A stretch of DNA of 45,591 nt from Malassezia furfur (lineage: Eukaryota). Positions within the stretch are counted from its first letter, which is position 1. Each line of letters opens with the position of its first letter. Made by a program: the position numbers and the translations under genes. This document shows positions 1 to 14,034 of the stretch, in pieces. The stretch lies in assembly GCA_052055015.1 (NCBI GenBank), contig JBQJIT010000038.1. The stretch is one strand, 5' to 3'. The notes under the pieces are model-generated. The model saw nothing but the letters and a program-made list of their open reading frames with translations. It was not told where the DNA came from and did no database searches.

Positions 1-2434
1 GACGCCCGCCGAGGCATCTGCCGAGGCGGCGCCGCCGACCGCGGCGGTGCCCGTCGCCGAAGTGCGTGCCGTGCCGCCGACGCCGCGCGTCGCGTCACCC
101 GCCGAGCTCAGCGAGCCGGAGGACATGACCGGCGTGCTGCTCGACCCGATTGACGACGTGGAGCTCACCGACGACGATGACGGCGGCATAGTCCCGCAGC
201 CGCCGGCACGCACACGCCGCAACCGCTCACCGATCCCGATCCCCAACGCACGGCGCCCGCTGCATCGCGGCATGCACACACCGGGGTCGTCGCCGCGGCA
301 CGCGCCGAGTGCGTCGCTGAGCGATGCGCGCTTCCTGTCGATCGCGAGCCCGCGGCTGGGCGCGACGCCGACGTCGCCGAGCCTCGTGCCACGCGCACAG
401 CCCAAGGCGACCGTGGCATCGGTCAAAGACTTTGAGCTGCTCAAGCCCATCTCCAAAGGCGCGTACGGCTCCGTGTTCCTCGCGCGCAAGCGCGCGACGG
501 GCGACCACTACGCGATCAAGGTGCTGAAAAAGGCCGACATGATCGCCAAGAACCAGATCACCAATGTGCGTGCGGAGCGCATGATTCTCATGAACCGCAC
601 GCAGTCGCCGTTTGTGGTGAAGCTCTTCTTCACATTCCAGAGCGCCGAGTATCTCTACCTCGTGATGGAGTACTTGCCTGGCGGCGACTGTGCATCGCTC
701 GTCAAAACGCTCGGCGAGCTGCCCGAGGCATGGGCGCGGCAGTACCTTGCCGAGATCGTCAACGGCCTCGCGTATCTACACAGCACCGGTGTGGTGCACC
801 GCGACATGAAGCCGGACAACTTGCTGATCGACCAGCGCGGCCACCTGAAGCTCACCGACTTTGGACTGAGCAAGTTTGGCCTGCTCGGCCGTCAGACGCG
901 CGTGCGCAGCGCCCATGCGTCCGACAGCGCCGCGCCACCGCTCGCCGCCGCGCCGTTCTCGACGACATGGGCGCAGCTGCCTGACACGACGTCGGCGTCC
1001 GACGGTGCGCCTGTACCGCTGGCGAGCGTGCCGAACGCCGCGCAAAACACCGAAGCCTACTTCCGCAGCATGGCGCAGGACGGCGAGACGAAGCGCATCG
1101 TCGGCACGCCCGACTACCTCGCGCCCGAGACCATCCTCGGTGTGGGCATGGACGAGTTTGGCGTGGACTGGTGGGCGGTCGGAGTGATTTTGTTCGAGTT
1201 CTTGTGTGGCTACCCGCCGTTCCACGCGTCGACGCCGAACCAGGTCTTTGACAAGATCCTCACGCGCAGCATCGATTGGGACACAGATGCGCCGCTCTCA
1301 GACGAGGCGCGCGATCTCATCGAGCGCCTCATCTGCACTGACCGCCGCGAGCGACTCGGCGCGCGCGGCGTCGATGAGATCCGCGCACACCCCTTCTTTG
1401 CGGGCGTCGACTGGGACCACCTCGCAGACACCGACGGGCCGTTTGTGCCACACCTCGACGATGCAGCGTCGACGGACTACTTTGACCCGCGCGGCGCCGT
1501 GCCGCAAACCTTTGACGAGGACGCACCTAGTTCGTCGAGCGATGCACCTGTACCGGCCGCGCCGCACTCGCCCGTGCCTATCGCACGGACGTCAGGCAGC
1601 TCGGGATCGTTTGTACACGCGAACGAGTTTGGCTCGTTCAGCTACAAGAATCTGCCCGTGCTCAAGCAGGCGAACGACGAGATGGTCCGCCGCATCCGCA
1701 CCGAGTCCAACTCAGGGCCGCCGTCGGCGTCGCCCACATCGGCAAGCAGCGCATCCGTCGCAGTGCCCGTGCGCCCGTCGCTGATGCACCGCCGCGCGCA
1801 CTCCGACCTGCCGCGTGTCTTGGCGCCCTCGGCGAGCAACGGTGCCGGGACGCCGCAGAGTGCGGTTGCCAGTGGCGCGAGCGAAGCGGCGTCGTCGCCG
1901 CGCAGCAGCGGTCGCTCTAGCTCCATGCGATCGCACCCGGCGCACGCGTCGTGGACGGGCAGCGCATCCGAGACACGCACGCCGCTCCCGGTGCTCGTGG
2001 CCGACTTCAACCCAGTGTCGCGCCGCGCATTGCAAACCGCACTCGTCCAGGCGGGCGCCCAGCCGACGCTTGTCGAGGACGGCGCAGAAATGTGCCGCTT
2101 GGCGATGGGGGAGACTAAGTATGCGATGCTATTCGTCAAGCTCGCGCTGCGCGTGGTCAACGGGCAAGATGTCGCGCGAATGATCAAGTCGACGCGCAAT
2201 ATCAACGCACACACACCCATTGTCGCGCTGATGCTCCACGACGATGCGACTGATGCATCCGGCAGTGTCTTTGATGCGATCTTGTCGCTGCCAGCATCAC
2301 CCGCGCAGCTCGCGGCGTTGCTGCACCCGCTGCGCGAGGAACACGTGCCGAGCCCCTACGTACTGAGTCCCACGTTTGCCGAATACGAGGACGACGGGAC
2401 AGGCACATTGAATTTGGACCGGCTGATGCTCTAG
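1..2434 (+). CDS. RIM15: Rim15/Cek1-type AGC Ser/Thr kinase with C-terminal receiver (REC) domain; 5' part lies outside the window
   Basis: Kinase motifs KPISKGAYGSV, AIKVLKK, HRDMKPDN, DFG, then an insert before GTPDYLAPE; AGC tail (STDYFDPR, FGSFSYKNL); REC-like C-terminus VLVADFNPV...VNGQDVARMIK...HTPIVAL. Frame is open from the window start; stop TAG 2432-2434. Confidence 0.9.
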   Translation, partial: TPAEASAEAAPPTAAVPVAEVRAVPPTPRVASPAELSEPEDMTGVLLDPIDDVELTDDDDGGIVPQPPARTRRNRSPIPIPNARRPLHRGMHTPGSSPRHAPSASLSDARFLSIASPRLGATPTSPSLVPRAQPKATVASVKDFELLKPISKGAYGSVFLARKRATGDHYAIKVLKKADMIAKNQITNVRAERMILMNRTQSPFVVKLFFTFQSAEYLYLVMEYLPGGDCASLVKTLGELPEAWARQYLAEIVNGLAYLHSTGVVHRDMKPDNLLIDQRGHLKLTDFGLSKFGLLGRQTRVRSAHASDSAAPPLAAAPFSTTWAQLPDTTSASDGAPVPLASVPNAAQNTEAYFRSMAQDGETKRIVGTPDYLAPETILGVGMDEFGVDWWAVGVILFEFLCGYPPFHASTPNQVFDKILTRSIDWDTDAPLSDEARDLIERLICTDRRERLGARGVDEIRAHPFFAGVDWDHLADTDGPFVPHLDDAASTDYFDPRGAVPQTFDEDAPSSSSDAPVPAAPHSPVPIARTSGSSGSFVHANEFGSFSYKNLPVLKQANDEMVRRIRTESNSGPPSASPTSASSASVAVPVRPSLMHRRAHSDLPRVLAPSASNGAGTPQSAVASGASEAASSPRSSGRSSSMRSHPAHASWTGSASETRTPLPVLVADFNPVSRRALQTALVQAGAQPTLVEDGAEMCRLAMGETKYAMLFVKLALRVVNGQDVARMIKSTRNINAHTPIVALMLHDDATDASGSVFDAILSLPASPAQLAALLHPLREEHVPSPYVLSPTFAEYEDDGTGTLNLDRLML

Positions 2435-2659
2435 ATACCCATGCGCCGTAGCTATCACCGGAAATACGAAGTGTGCACCCGACGTGGACTGCGCGTCGCA
2501 GCGCGGTACGGCAGGCGAGCGCGCATGCGGCCACCGCCCCCACCTCCCACACGCCTGTCAAATTACGTGCATTTCTCAGCATTTTTTTTCCGCCCCGATC
2601 GCCGCCACCCACACGCAAGTGGCCCCCGATTGGCCACCAACCCCACTTGACCCAGCGCG

Positions 2660-4585
2660 ATGACAAGCGAAGAACGGCAGCCGCTGCTTGCGCACGCAGA
2701 CGGCGATCGGACGACGCGTGTGTGGTACAAGGCGAGCACCACGTTGCGCACGTCTGTGCACAATGCCAAGCAGGCGATCAAGTCGGCATGGCCGACGCTG
2801 CAGGTGCTTGTGCTGCCGCACCTGTTGGGTCTCGTGCTCTCGGTCGCGACGCCGGCCGAGGTGGACGCGATGCGTTCGCTGAGCTGTGTGCACTACTACT
2901 CGTTGAATCCTGATGTGGGTGCCAAGGTCAAGGGCCTGGACGCCACGAGCTGCCAGGCGCCCGCCGTCGAGGTGCACTTCAACTCGCTGATGACGCGCAT
3001 CACCTTTTCCGTGGTGCTGGCCAACTTTGCCGGCATGCTTCTGTACAGCCGCACGTTCTCGAGCAAGTGCCGGCGGTGGTACGCGATTATGGGCATGCTG
3101 GGCTGTGCACTCGCGCGTGTCCCTCTGCTTCTGCTGCCGCTCTATCAATACCCCTATCGGACGCCCGAGTCGATGTTGTCGATCTCACCGCGGACGATGC
3201 TCAAAGTGTACTGGTCGTGCGCGATCCTGGGCGGGTTCTCGGGCGCGAACGAGCTGGTGACGCTCACGGTCGAGTCCCTGGTCGTTGATACCCAGAGCCC
3301 CGAGCAGCGCTCGCGGCTCTTTTCGCAACTGCAGATTGCCCAGCTGCTCGGTGCAAGCATTGGCCCGATGCTCGGGAGCACGGCGATGCGCCTTCTTCCG
3401 AGCCTCGCGAACCGGTGTGTGGGCTACACCCATTGCCTCGAGAACAAGACGCTGCACTCCCCCCAGCGCGGCTCGCACGGCCATCTGCTGTTCAACACTG
3501 CGTCCTACTGGCTCGCCGTGTTCTTTGCGCTGTTCGGCGTCGTGTGGCTGCTGTTTGTGGTACATTTCAAGAGCGCCCCACTGCAGTCGACGTCGATGCC
3601 GGACTGCGAGCCGTGCCAGGAGCGCGCATCGCAGCGCAAAAAGATGCTGATGCGGAACCCGCCCAAGTACGCATGGCTCGGTGCATTCCAGCGCCTGATC
3701 CCTGTGCGCCTCGGTCCATGGCGGTACGACGCGCGCGTGCTGCAGTTCACGCTCTCGGAGATCTTTACGGCGATGATGAATGAGGGTGTGGTGGTGCTGA
3801 TCCTGGTCATGGGCTACGTCTTCCATTGGGGTGGTGGCCTGATCGCCATCGGTCTGTCCGTGTCCAACTCGCTGCGCCTTGCGATGATCGTGCTGGGGCT
3901 GCCTGCGCTGCTGTCGGTGGTGTCGAAGCGGCTACCGAAGCCTGCGGATGTACAGGACCTGTCAAAGGAGCAAATCGACGCCGTGCTCGCCATGAGCCAC
4001 AGCGACGTGCGGCGCCGGCCGAACTGCTGCCCGTCGTACCAGCGCACGGACGAGTCGCGGCTCCTGTCGAACGTCTCGCCGTCGCAGCGCACGCTGGTGC
4101 GCCTGTGGCGCGCGCAAGTGGATTTGATCGTCGCGCGCATCTCCTACCTGATCAATGCCTTGTCGTGGCTCATGATGGCGTATGGCATCCAGCAACACCA
4201 GGAGTGGGTCGTGCTGGCGGGTGCGTCGCTGCTGACGGGCGGCAGCTCGGCGCAACCGATGGTGCGCAGCACCGCGTGCACCATTGCCGACCAGATCGTC
4301 GACTCGGAGCGCAACGCGGCGCTCCCGCTCAAGCACCGCCGCCCGGCATCCGAGGAGGAGCAGGAGCTGCTGCCTGACGGCGCGGACAGCTATTTGGTGA
4401 TCGTGTCGACGGTGCTGCTTCCGTGCTTGCTGTTGGGACTGATAACACGCAACGCTGTGTATGGCTCGACGATTGAGACGTTCCCCGGCGCCTTTTTCCT
4501 GGTGGTAGCCGGGTTCAACGTCGCGGTGCTCGCGATTCTCGGGTGGATGCGCTCCGCCCCCACATTTTATTTAGAGGTCTACTAG
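2660..4585 (+). CDS. Multi-pass membrane protein, probable major facilitator superfamily transporter (substrate unknown)
   Basis: 641-aa single ORF with many hydrophobic segments; N-terminal ERQPLL dileucine-type motif; DTQSPEQRSRLFS..LLGASIGPMLG resembles the MFS TM4-5 motif; C-terminal FPGAFFLV. Confidence 0.65.
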   Translation: MTSEERQPLLAHADGDRTTRVWYKASTTLRTSVHNAKQAIKSAWPTLQVLVLPHLLGLVLSVATPAEVDAMRSLSCVHYYSLNPDVGAKVKGLDATSCQAPAVEVHFNSLMTRITFSVVLANFAGMLLYSRTFSSKCRRWYAIMGMLGCALARVPLLLLPLYQYPYRTPESMLSISPRTMLKVYWSCAILGGFSGANELVTLTVESLVVDTQSPEQRSRLFSQLQIAQLLGASIGPMLGSTAMRLLPSLANRCVGYTHCLENKTLHSPQRGSHGHLLFNTASYWLAVFFALFGVVWLLFVVHFKSAPLQSTSMPDCEPCQERASQRKKMLMRNPPKYAWLGAFQRLIPVRLGPWRYDARVLQFTLSEIFTAMMNEGVVVLILVMGYVFHWGGGLIAIGLSVSNSLRLAMIVLGLPALLSVVSKRLPKPADVQDLSKEQIDAVLAMSHSDVRRRPNCCPSYQRTDESRLLSNVSPSQRTLVRLWRAQVDLIVARISYLINALSWLMMAYGIQQHQEWVVLAGASLLTGGSSAQPMVRSTACTIADQIVDSERNAALPLKHRRPASEEEQELLPDGADSYLVIVSTVLLPCLLLGLITRNAVYGSTIETFPGAFFLVVAGFNVAVLAILGWMRSAPTFYLEVY

Positions 4586-4601
4586 CCGCGCACGACCGCT
4601 G

Positions 4602-4607
4602 CACGTG
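4602..4607. promoter_or_regulatory. CACGTG E-box upstream of CDS1
   Basis: Palindrome in the 66-nt gap between the MFS stop and the CDS1 ATG; the same motif recurs in other promoters. Confidence 0.45.
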
Positions 4608-4651
4608 ATAATTCGCGTGGGGTGCGTGCGGACGCCGTCGTCACGATTACC

Positions 4652-6338
4652 ATGCCGCCGCGCGGGAAGTCGGGACGGGCCGAGCCATCTCGCGCCAACC
4701 GCTTCGCATCATCCACGCAGTTTGATGCACTAGCTGTCGATCAACTGCCGTCCGACACGGACGAAATCGCACAGATCGCCACCGACACCGAGCCACGCAC
4801 GCCCCGCACACGTTCTGCGGCGAAGCGCGCCGCCAAGAGCAAGTCCAGCAGCGGCGCATCCACGCCGCAGGTCAAGGAGGAGGCGACACCGGATGCAGTG
4901 CTCACGCACCGCGTCAAGACGGAGCGCGGGGCGGGCGCAGCCGCTGCGGCGTCGTCGCCTGTCCCCAAAAAACCGGCGGCGCCGGCGCCGACGACCGCGC
5001 CGAATGCGGCCGCCACCAACGCTGCGGCACCGCCCACGCCCTTCACCCAGGCGGGCGACGGCGAGGTGTCGCGCGCGTTCTGGAAAAAAGTGCGCGAGCG
5101 CACCGTCTTCTCGCTGCTGATGATCGCTGGATTTTTGAGTACGTCGCGCGTGCGAAGCTGACCCAGCCATCCTGTTGATGGGCCCGTCGTACATGATTTT
5201 GTTGGTGCTCGTGATCGAGACGCTAGTATACCGCGAAGTGACGGCGCTGTTCAACATCCCGGGCCGCGCGAGCCTCACCGGCTCGACCCGCGCGAGCCAG
5301 AGCGAGGGCGACGAGGAGCTCGATGCCGAGCAGCGCCGCCAGGACAAGCGCCGCCAGGAGGTTTGGAGCAAGACGCTCAGCTGGTACTTTTTTGCGGTGT
5401 GCAACTTTTTCCTGTACGGAGAGTCGCTCATCTACTACTTTAAACACGTTGTGTACGTCGACTCCTTCTTCCTGCAATTCGCGCGCCACCACCGGTTCAT
5501 CTCGTTTATGCTGTACATTTTCGGGTTCATGGCGTTTGTTACGAACCTGCGCCGCCGCTACCTCAAGTACCAGTTCGGCCTGTTCTGCTGGGTGCACATG
5601 TCGCTCTTGCTGATCGTCATGTCGTCGCACTTTATCGTGAACAACATCCTCGAGGGCATGATCTGGTTCTGGATGCCTGCAAGCCTGGTTATCTGCAACG
5701 ACATCTTTGCGTATGTGTGCGGCATGCTGTTTGGCCGCACGCCGCTCATTAGCCTGAGCCCCAAGAAGACGGTCGAGGGTTTCGTCGGTGCGCTGTTCAT
5801 CACCATGGCCTTTGCGTGGTTCTGGGCGGGGATCTTCCAGCGCTTCGACTTTATGGTGTGCCCCGCGGTGAACCTCGGCATGACTGCGTTCAGCAACATC
5901 AGCTGCGACCGGAACCCGGCGTTCTTGTCGCACGAGGCGCAGCTGCCCACGCTCGTGTCCAACGTGCTGTCGGCCGTGATGCGGCGCCCGGTGACTACCT
6001 TCACCTGGTCTCCGTTCCAGTTCCATGCCCTTGTCATGGCCGCATTCGCGAGCCTGGTCGCGCCGTTTGGCGGCTTCTTTGCCAGCGGCTTCAAGCGCGC
6101 GTTCAACATCAAGGACTTTGGCGACAGCATCCCCGGCCACGGTGGTCTCACCGACCGTTTTGACTGCCAGTTCATCATGGGACTGTTCAGCTATGTGTAC
6201 TACTCCTCGCTCATCCGGGAATCGCGGATCACGGTCGGGCATGTGATGCAGATCATCGTGACGCAGATGCCCGTGGAAAAACAGACCGAGCTGCTGCGGG
6301 AGCTCTCACGCTACCTCACCAGCGAAGGCCATATCTAG
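4652..6338 (+). CDS. CDS1: Phosphatidate cytidylyltransferase (CDP-DAG synthase); join(4652..5138,5167..6338), 28-nt intron
   Basis: Signature motifs ICNDIFAY, SPKKTVEGF, SGFKRAFNIKDFGDSIPGHGGLTDRFDCQ. Intron GTACGT...CTGACCCAG 5139-5166 joins ORFs 4622 and 5175 in frame (GFL-T-ILLM). Confidence 0.95.
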
Positions 6339-6630
6339 CGCCTGCCTTTGCCCGTAGCTTGTCACCTGCTGTGCTTTTGTTGTGAAGGGGAAGCTGGAGA
6401 GGCTAGGCGCAAACCAAGGGCCGCCCACGCCTTGCGCGGCGGGGCCACTGGGCCCCGGGGACGCCTCGCGGCCTCGCGGCCTCCACCGGAGTGGCAGCTG
6501 CACGTGGATGCACGGCCCCCGGCCCTGCGTCGCGCTGCAGCGCTCCACCCCCGCTGCGAAGAGGCGCGCCGCTGTTGCCCCGCGCTGCGAAGTTGTGCGT
6601 GTGCTGCCTGCCGAGCCCGTCGCGCACGCG

Positions 6631-9600
6631 ATGCAGAGTGAGAGCGGCACAGCGAGGCTCGAGCCGCAGTGGGCCAACGCCCATCTCAATCTCCCTCAAG
6701 CGCCTGCACCTGAGCGGCGGCATGCGATCGGCCGCGTACCGGTGCCGCCCATCGAGGGCGCGGCTGCCGCGCCGCTGCCGGATCATCTCGCAAGTCTGCC
6801 GTATCTGAGCGACGCGGGGCATGCCGCGCCGGCGCCACCTGCATCGTACACACCTGTGTCAGCGCCTTCGTACGCGACGCGCGCGCCGCCACCGCCGCAC
6901 AGTGCGCCTATCGCGACGCCCGCCGAGCTCGACCGGCGCTTTGGCGACACGTCGAGCAGCACCATACGCACGCTCCGGCGCAATGACTCGGACAGTATCT
7001 CGTACATGCCTTCGTCGTCGTCGATGGACATTTCCGCCTCGCAAATGTCGACGCTCTCATCGACAAGCCGCACCGCCAAGCCATACGCGTCCGACCTGCT
7101 GGGCAACGGCGCACTGTACGATCACTCGTATGCACCTGCATCCGACCTTGCGCGCTCGCGGCAGCCGTCATCCGGCTCGCTCGCGCGCAGCTTCGCGAGC
7201 GAGGAGGAGCCGAAGCTTGCGTCGTCGGCGAACAAGCCGCTTGCGGCCGCCGCGAACCGCGTTGCGGGCACCTTTTCGCGGCTCACACGGCTGCACAAGC
7301 GCCAGACACCGCGTGGCGCACCTTCTGGCGTGCCACACACCGCCGATTCCGACACGCGCTCCGAGCGCGAGGCCGAATGGGGCGCACTGCCGCTCGATGC
7401 AAACACTGCGCTGTCACGCACCGACAGCGGTGATACGTCGGCGACGCGCGCCGTAAGTGAGGCATCTTTCTCGCGGCACACTCGCGGCACCAGTGAGCGG
7501 TCACAGGCGAGCAGCGGTGGGTCTCTCGCACTGCGCGACGCGCCGCAGGCGCCTGTCGGCGACGCGTCGCGTGCGGCGCCGCGCGCGATGGCACCGTCAG
7601 CATCGCGCAGTGACTTGCTCGGGTACGACCACCAGCTGCAGCGCCTCGAGCTGATCGGTCGCGGCGCTTTCGGCGCCGTGTACCGCGCGCGGCACCTACG
7701 CACCAATTCGTTGGTGGCCCTCAAGGTGATCGACCTCGACACGCCCGACGACGACGTGAGCGAGATCCAGCGCGAAGTCGCATTGCTGAGCCAGATGCGC
7801 CAGGCACACACGAAAAACATTGTGCGGTACTGGGGCAGCTGGCTCCAGGGTCCGACGCTGTGCATCCTGATGGATTATGCTGAGGGCGGCAGTGTGCGCA
7901 CCTTGGTACGTCTCCCTTTGCACTCACCCAGATGAAAGCCGGCCCGATCCAAGAGCGGCACCTCGCGGTGATCATGCGCGAGACGCTCGTTGCGCTCGAT
8001 TACATCCATAAAGCTGGCATCATCCACCGTGACATCAAGGCGGCCAACATCCTGGTGACGCGCACAGGGCAGCCGATGCTGTGCGACTTTGGCGTCGCAG
8101 CGTCGTTTGTGCATGGCGGTACGCGCGGCAAACGCACGACGTTTATCGGGACGCCCTACTGGATGGCGCCTGAGGTGATCGCCGAGGGCAAGGCATATGA
8201 CTACAAGGCGGACATTTGGAGCCTTGGTGTGACCGCCTACGAGATCGCCACGGGGAACCCGCCGCATGCCGAGCATGACCAACAGCGTGTGATCGCAATG
8301 ATCCCCAAAAACAAGCCGCCGCGCCTGCCGGACGGGCCGTACTCGGCGGCTTTACGCGAGTTTGTCGCGGGGTGTCTCGACGAGGACCCGCAGGCGCGTC
8401 TTTCTGCCGAGGAGCTGGCGCGCACCAAGTGGGTCCGTGCATACGCCAAGTTGCCCGTCTCTGTGTTGCGCGAGCTTTTGGCACAGTACGCCGCGTGGAC
8501 GCGCGCGGGCGGCGTGCGCACGAGCCTCATCCAGGGCAAGGACGGGCCGCTGGCGCTCCGCTTTGCGGACGAAGAGCCGTCGGTGGTGCCCATTGAGCCC
8601 GAGTGGAAGTTTGAGTCGACCGACTCGGACGACGGGCTGCCGACGCGCGCCGACGATACGCCTCCGGCAGAGCCAGTGCAGGACCACCCGCTCAAGCGGC
8701 TATTTGACGCCGCGGATGCCGAGCCTGTGCCGGCACCGGCGCCAGCGCCAGCGCCAAGCGCGAGCAAACCGGCACCGGGCGCCGCAAGTACGCCTCGCCT
8801 CGCGCCGCCTGCCGCCACGCCGGCACGCGCCGAGCGGCCTGCAGGTTCGGGCTTCACCGGCTCGGGCGCCACGCCGTTCCGCTTTGGCATCGGGAGCCGC
8901 GCCGAGCCACCGGCGGCGCCCACTCCACACCCCATACCTCCTGCCCCCTCCGCGGAGCCACCGCCCGAGCCGACCGATGCAGCGACGCCGTCGGTCGTGT
9001 CGCGCAGCCCGTCGCTCGCGGCAATCGACGAGGCAGAGCACGCCGAGACGCATACGACCCCTAGCACCTCGCCTTTGGAGGCGAGCGAGCCATTTGCGCC
9101 GAGCCTCTCGCAGTCGACCTCGCCCGACGGCGAGGGCGGGAAGAGCGAGGGCGAGTCGCCACGCAGCTCGCCGGCGCTCCGACGCGTCGGCCGCTTCGTG
9201 CCGAGTCGACGCACAGTGCAGCCGCCGGCTCTACGGATGGCCGCCTCCTCCTCGTCGCTCGGCCTGGACGCAAGCCGCGCGGCGGCGGACGCCGAGCGGC
9301 GTACCGACCCAGCGGCTCGGAACGACATCCCTTCGTTTCTCGAAGAGCCTTTTACGGGCTTCCGGCCGCAGGGCGCCATCAGCCGCACGCGCAGCCGCAG
9401 CGGCAGCGCGGCGGACCTGCGCTCGCGTGCGTATGCGCATCAGACGACTCACTCGTTGACGAGCCGCACGCGTGTCGTGCCGATGCAGCCGCTTTTGCGT
9501 CTGCAGCCCGACGCGGAGGGCACCTCGCCGAAAAAAGCGGGGGCCGGAACCACGCCGTCGCCTACAGGGCTCACCGCCTCGGCGTCGCTGTCGGTGCTGG

Positions 9601-9974
9601 GCAAGTCGGACGAAAACGCGCATCTACGAAAGCACCACGGCGGCTCGGATCCTACGACGCTATTGAACCCGCTGATGAGCCCTGCACATCTGCGCAAGAC
9701 GTCGGACCTACCGCTGCCGATCGACGAGGGCGACGCGCCGCGCGCGCCACAGCGCCGCCACGTGCCCGCCTTGCCCGCGCTGGACAAGGATGTGTTTCAT
9801 ACCCCTCCTGCGGCGCTGTTTGACGGTCCTGCATTGCGCCCTCTGGACCTTGCGAACCTAATGAACCGCCAGGAGCTGCACACCGAGCTCATGCAGACGG
9901 TCAACGACCTTGGCGCATGGCTTGATGCCGTCGCCGCGGGGCTCACCACCGTGCTCACGCCGCCGCCACCATAG
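6631..9974 (+). CDS. KIC1: Ste20/GCK-family kinase, Kic1/Nak1-like; join(6631..7905,7932..9974), 26-nt intron
   Basis: IGRGAFGAVY, VALKVIDLDTPDDDVSEIQREVALL, HRDIKAAN, DFG, FIGTPYWMAPEVI, YDYKADIWSLG. Intron GTACGT...CTCACCCAG 7906-7931 gives SVRTL-MKAG. The start codon is tentative. Confidence 0.85.
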
Positions 9975-10115
9975 CCACGTGGTCTGTAACGAATTTCCCG
10001 TTGAGCCAATCACGCGCAACCCATTAGCCGGCAACAGGGAAGCCGCAGGGCCACACGGTCGCTTTTTCCCTACCGAACCCTGTCGGCGGCAACACGGATG
10101 TTTGCGGTAGCGCCG

Positions 10116-12011
<1,896 letters not shown>

Positions 12012-12044
12012 TGTCTCTGGAGTCCGCGAAGAAAGCAGCGGTGT

Positions 12045-12050
12045 CACGTG
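12045..12050. promoter_or_regulatory. TCACGTG box in the 81-nt HMT1/BOS1 bidirectional promoter
   Basis: GTCACGTG lies roughly central between divergent ATGs at 12011 and 12093. Confidence 0.5.
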
Positions 12051-12092
12051 CGCAGCACAGACACCGCAACGTGCCTGGCTGCCACCGCCTCG

Positions 12093-12993
12093 ATGAACTC
12101 GCTGTACAATCTGGCCTCGCGCCAGACAGCTGCGATCCGCGCCGATGTCGACGCGTACAGCGTCGATCCGGCGCATACATCTGCACGGCGCGCTCAGATC
12201 AATGCGGCCATCACAACGCTCCTCAAAACGGTCGAGGACTACGAAGGCATGGCCAAACGCGAGTTGGTCATTGCGAAGCGCGAGAAGGCACTCCAACGCG
12301 CCGCCGATTTCCGCGCTGAGGTCAATCAGCTCCGTGAGACGCTCGCACGCGCAGACACGAGCGGTGGTGCCCCCGCGCACACGTCGGCCTCCGCGCGGCC
12401 CATGGCACCTGCTATGTCCGCAGCGCGACCCAGGGTAGGTGCACAAACTCACCCAGACCGTCGACATGTCAAATCATGCAGCACCGCCTTCCATGCACAC
12501 CATGGCTTCTGCACGACCAGCGCTACAGGCCTATGCGCAGCCCACGCTGTCCGCACACTACGCGCCGCCCCCAACGCACGCGTCGCCCTACATGTACGGC
12601 GGAGCTGCGCCGCCCGATCCGTTGGCCGCCTACAAGATGCATCAGCCCAACGCACCGCTCAGTTCCGAGTCACCCTACAGCATGCGCGAGAACCATGCGC
12701 TACGTGAGCATTCCTTCATCCAGAACACCGAGGCACAGCTGGACGCCTTTATCGCCCAGGGGCGGTCCGTGCTAGGGAACCTCGTCGAGCAGCGTGGCAT
12801 TCTCAAGGGTACACGCAAGCGGCTGCTCGACGCAGCCAATACGGTGGGATTGAGCCGCGAGCTCATTGGATTCATCGACCGAATTGGTGCGCAGGACCGC
12901 ATCATCTTCGCCGTGGGCGCCGTGTTTACGCTGTTTGCCTTTTGTACGTGACACTGCACTCACACAGTCATGATCTACCGGTGGTTCGGTTAG
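12093..12993 (+). CDS. BOS1: ER-Golgi Qb-SNARE (Bos1/membrin); join(12093..12434,12457..12943,12968..12993)
   Basis: MNSLYNLA N-terminus; REHSFIQNTEAQLDAFIAQGRSVLGNLVEQRGILKGT...NTVGLS SNARE motif; C-terminal TM anchor ending MIYRWFG*; introns of 22 and 24 nt. Confidence 0.9.
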
Positions 12994-13034
12994 ACGACGA
13001 ATGCGATATATACCCTACACTACAGACTCCGTTG

Positions 13035-13981
13035 CTAAAACGAGACGACTTTTTTCGCAGGCTTGCGTGGCTGTGTCGGGGCAGACTTGTGCTGGGTCTG
13101 TGCACGCTTCCGTGCAAGCAAGTGGAATTCGTCATCGTCCGCACCGACGGGGACGTCCTCGGTAGACACCATGCCGACACCACCGGCCTCGACCGAGTGC
13201 GCCGCCGAAGTACGCCGCGGGTCCAACGGACAGTCTTTAGCCAAATGTTCCACTGACTGGCACACCTTGCAGCTGCCACCGTCTGGGTACACGCCACGAC
13301 CCTGGTTCTGGGGGCACTTGGATGCCAGGTGGCCTTTCTGCGTGCAGATGTAACACGTAGCAAACGGCAGCTCGTCGCCATCCTTGGGCGCAGGTTTCCG
13401 GCACTTAGCCAACGTGTGTTCCGTGCTACCACACCGGAAACAGATACCGACCGTGTCCTTGCCCAGCTTGGACGAGGAGACATCCGTCAGCGATGAGCTG
13501 CCTGTTCCGACATTCTCAGGGCAGTCTTTCGCCGAATGTCCAGTCCCACGACACACAAAGCACCGCATGTTGCTCGTACGTTCCTGTGCACGCATTTGCC
13601 GCCGGAACTCGGATTTTTGATCGGCGTCTGGGTCAGTCATAGGCACGTACCCAACCGGGGTCGCTGGTGGCGCCTTGGTGTGTCCTCATCCTTCTTACGC
13701 TTGCCCAGTTTCCCGCGGAGTCCATTTAGATTGTTGACTTGTTGTTCCAGCGCCTTAGCATTCTGCAAGTGCTTTTCCCGCGTCTCGTTCGAGTTGGTTT
13801 TTTTGGCTTTGAGGCGCAGAAGCTTGGCGCGCTTTAACAGCCGTTTGGGATCTTGACTCTGTCCAGGCGCGGCATCTTGAGAGACAGTGGGTGGATTTGT
13901 TTCCGTGGGCTCGTCCGCCAAGGGGACGTCGTGTCCAGAAGGGATGGAGCGACGGCCATCCAGCTTCGTATAGCGAGTCAT
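13035..13981 (-). CDS. CCHC zinc-knuckle protein (ZCCHC9-like, 4 knuckles); complement(join(13035..13627,13651..13981))
   Basis: Knuckles CFVCRGTGHSAKDC, CFRCGSTEHTLAKC, CYICTQKGHLASKC, CKVCQSVEHLAKDC; basic N-terminus; KKVVSF end; 23-nt intron. Confidence 0.85.
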
Positions 13982-14034
13982 GTTGCTCGTCGCACGACCA
14001 ATGCTGCGTACAAAAATAGTGTCGAATGACTAAA

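Noticed and set aside
8725..8760. GCGCCA-type hexamer repeat
   Set aside because: Encodes a PAPAPA linker in the kinase tail; ordinary coding low complexity.
13230..13565. CCHC zinc knuckles suggesting retrotransposon Gag
   Set aside because: Four knuckles in a spliced cellular ZCCHC9-like gene; no protease, RT, integrase or LTR nearby.
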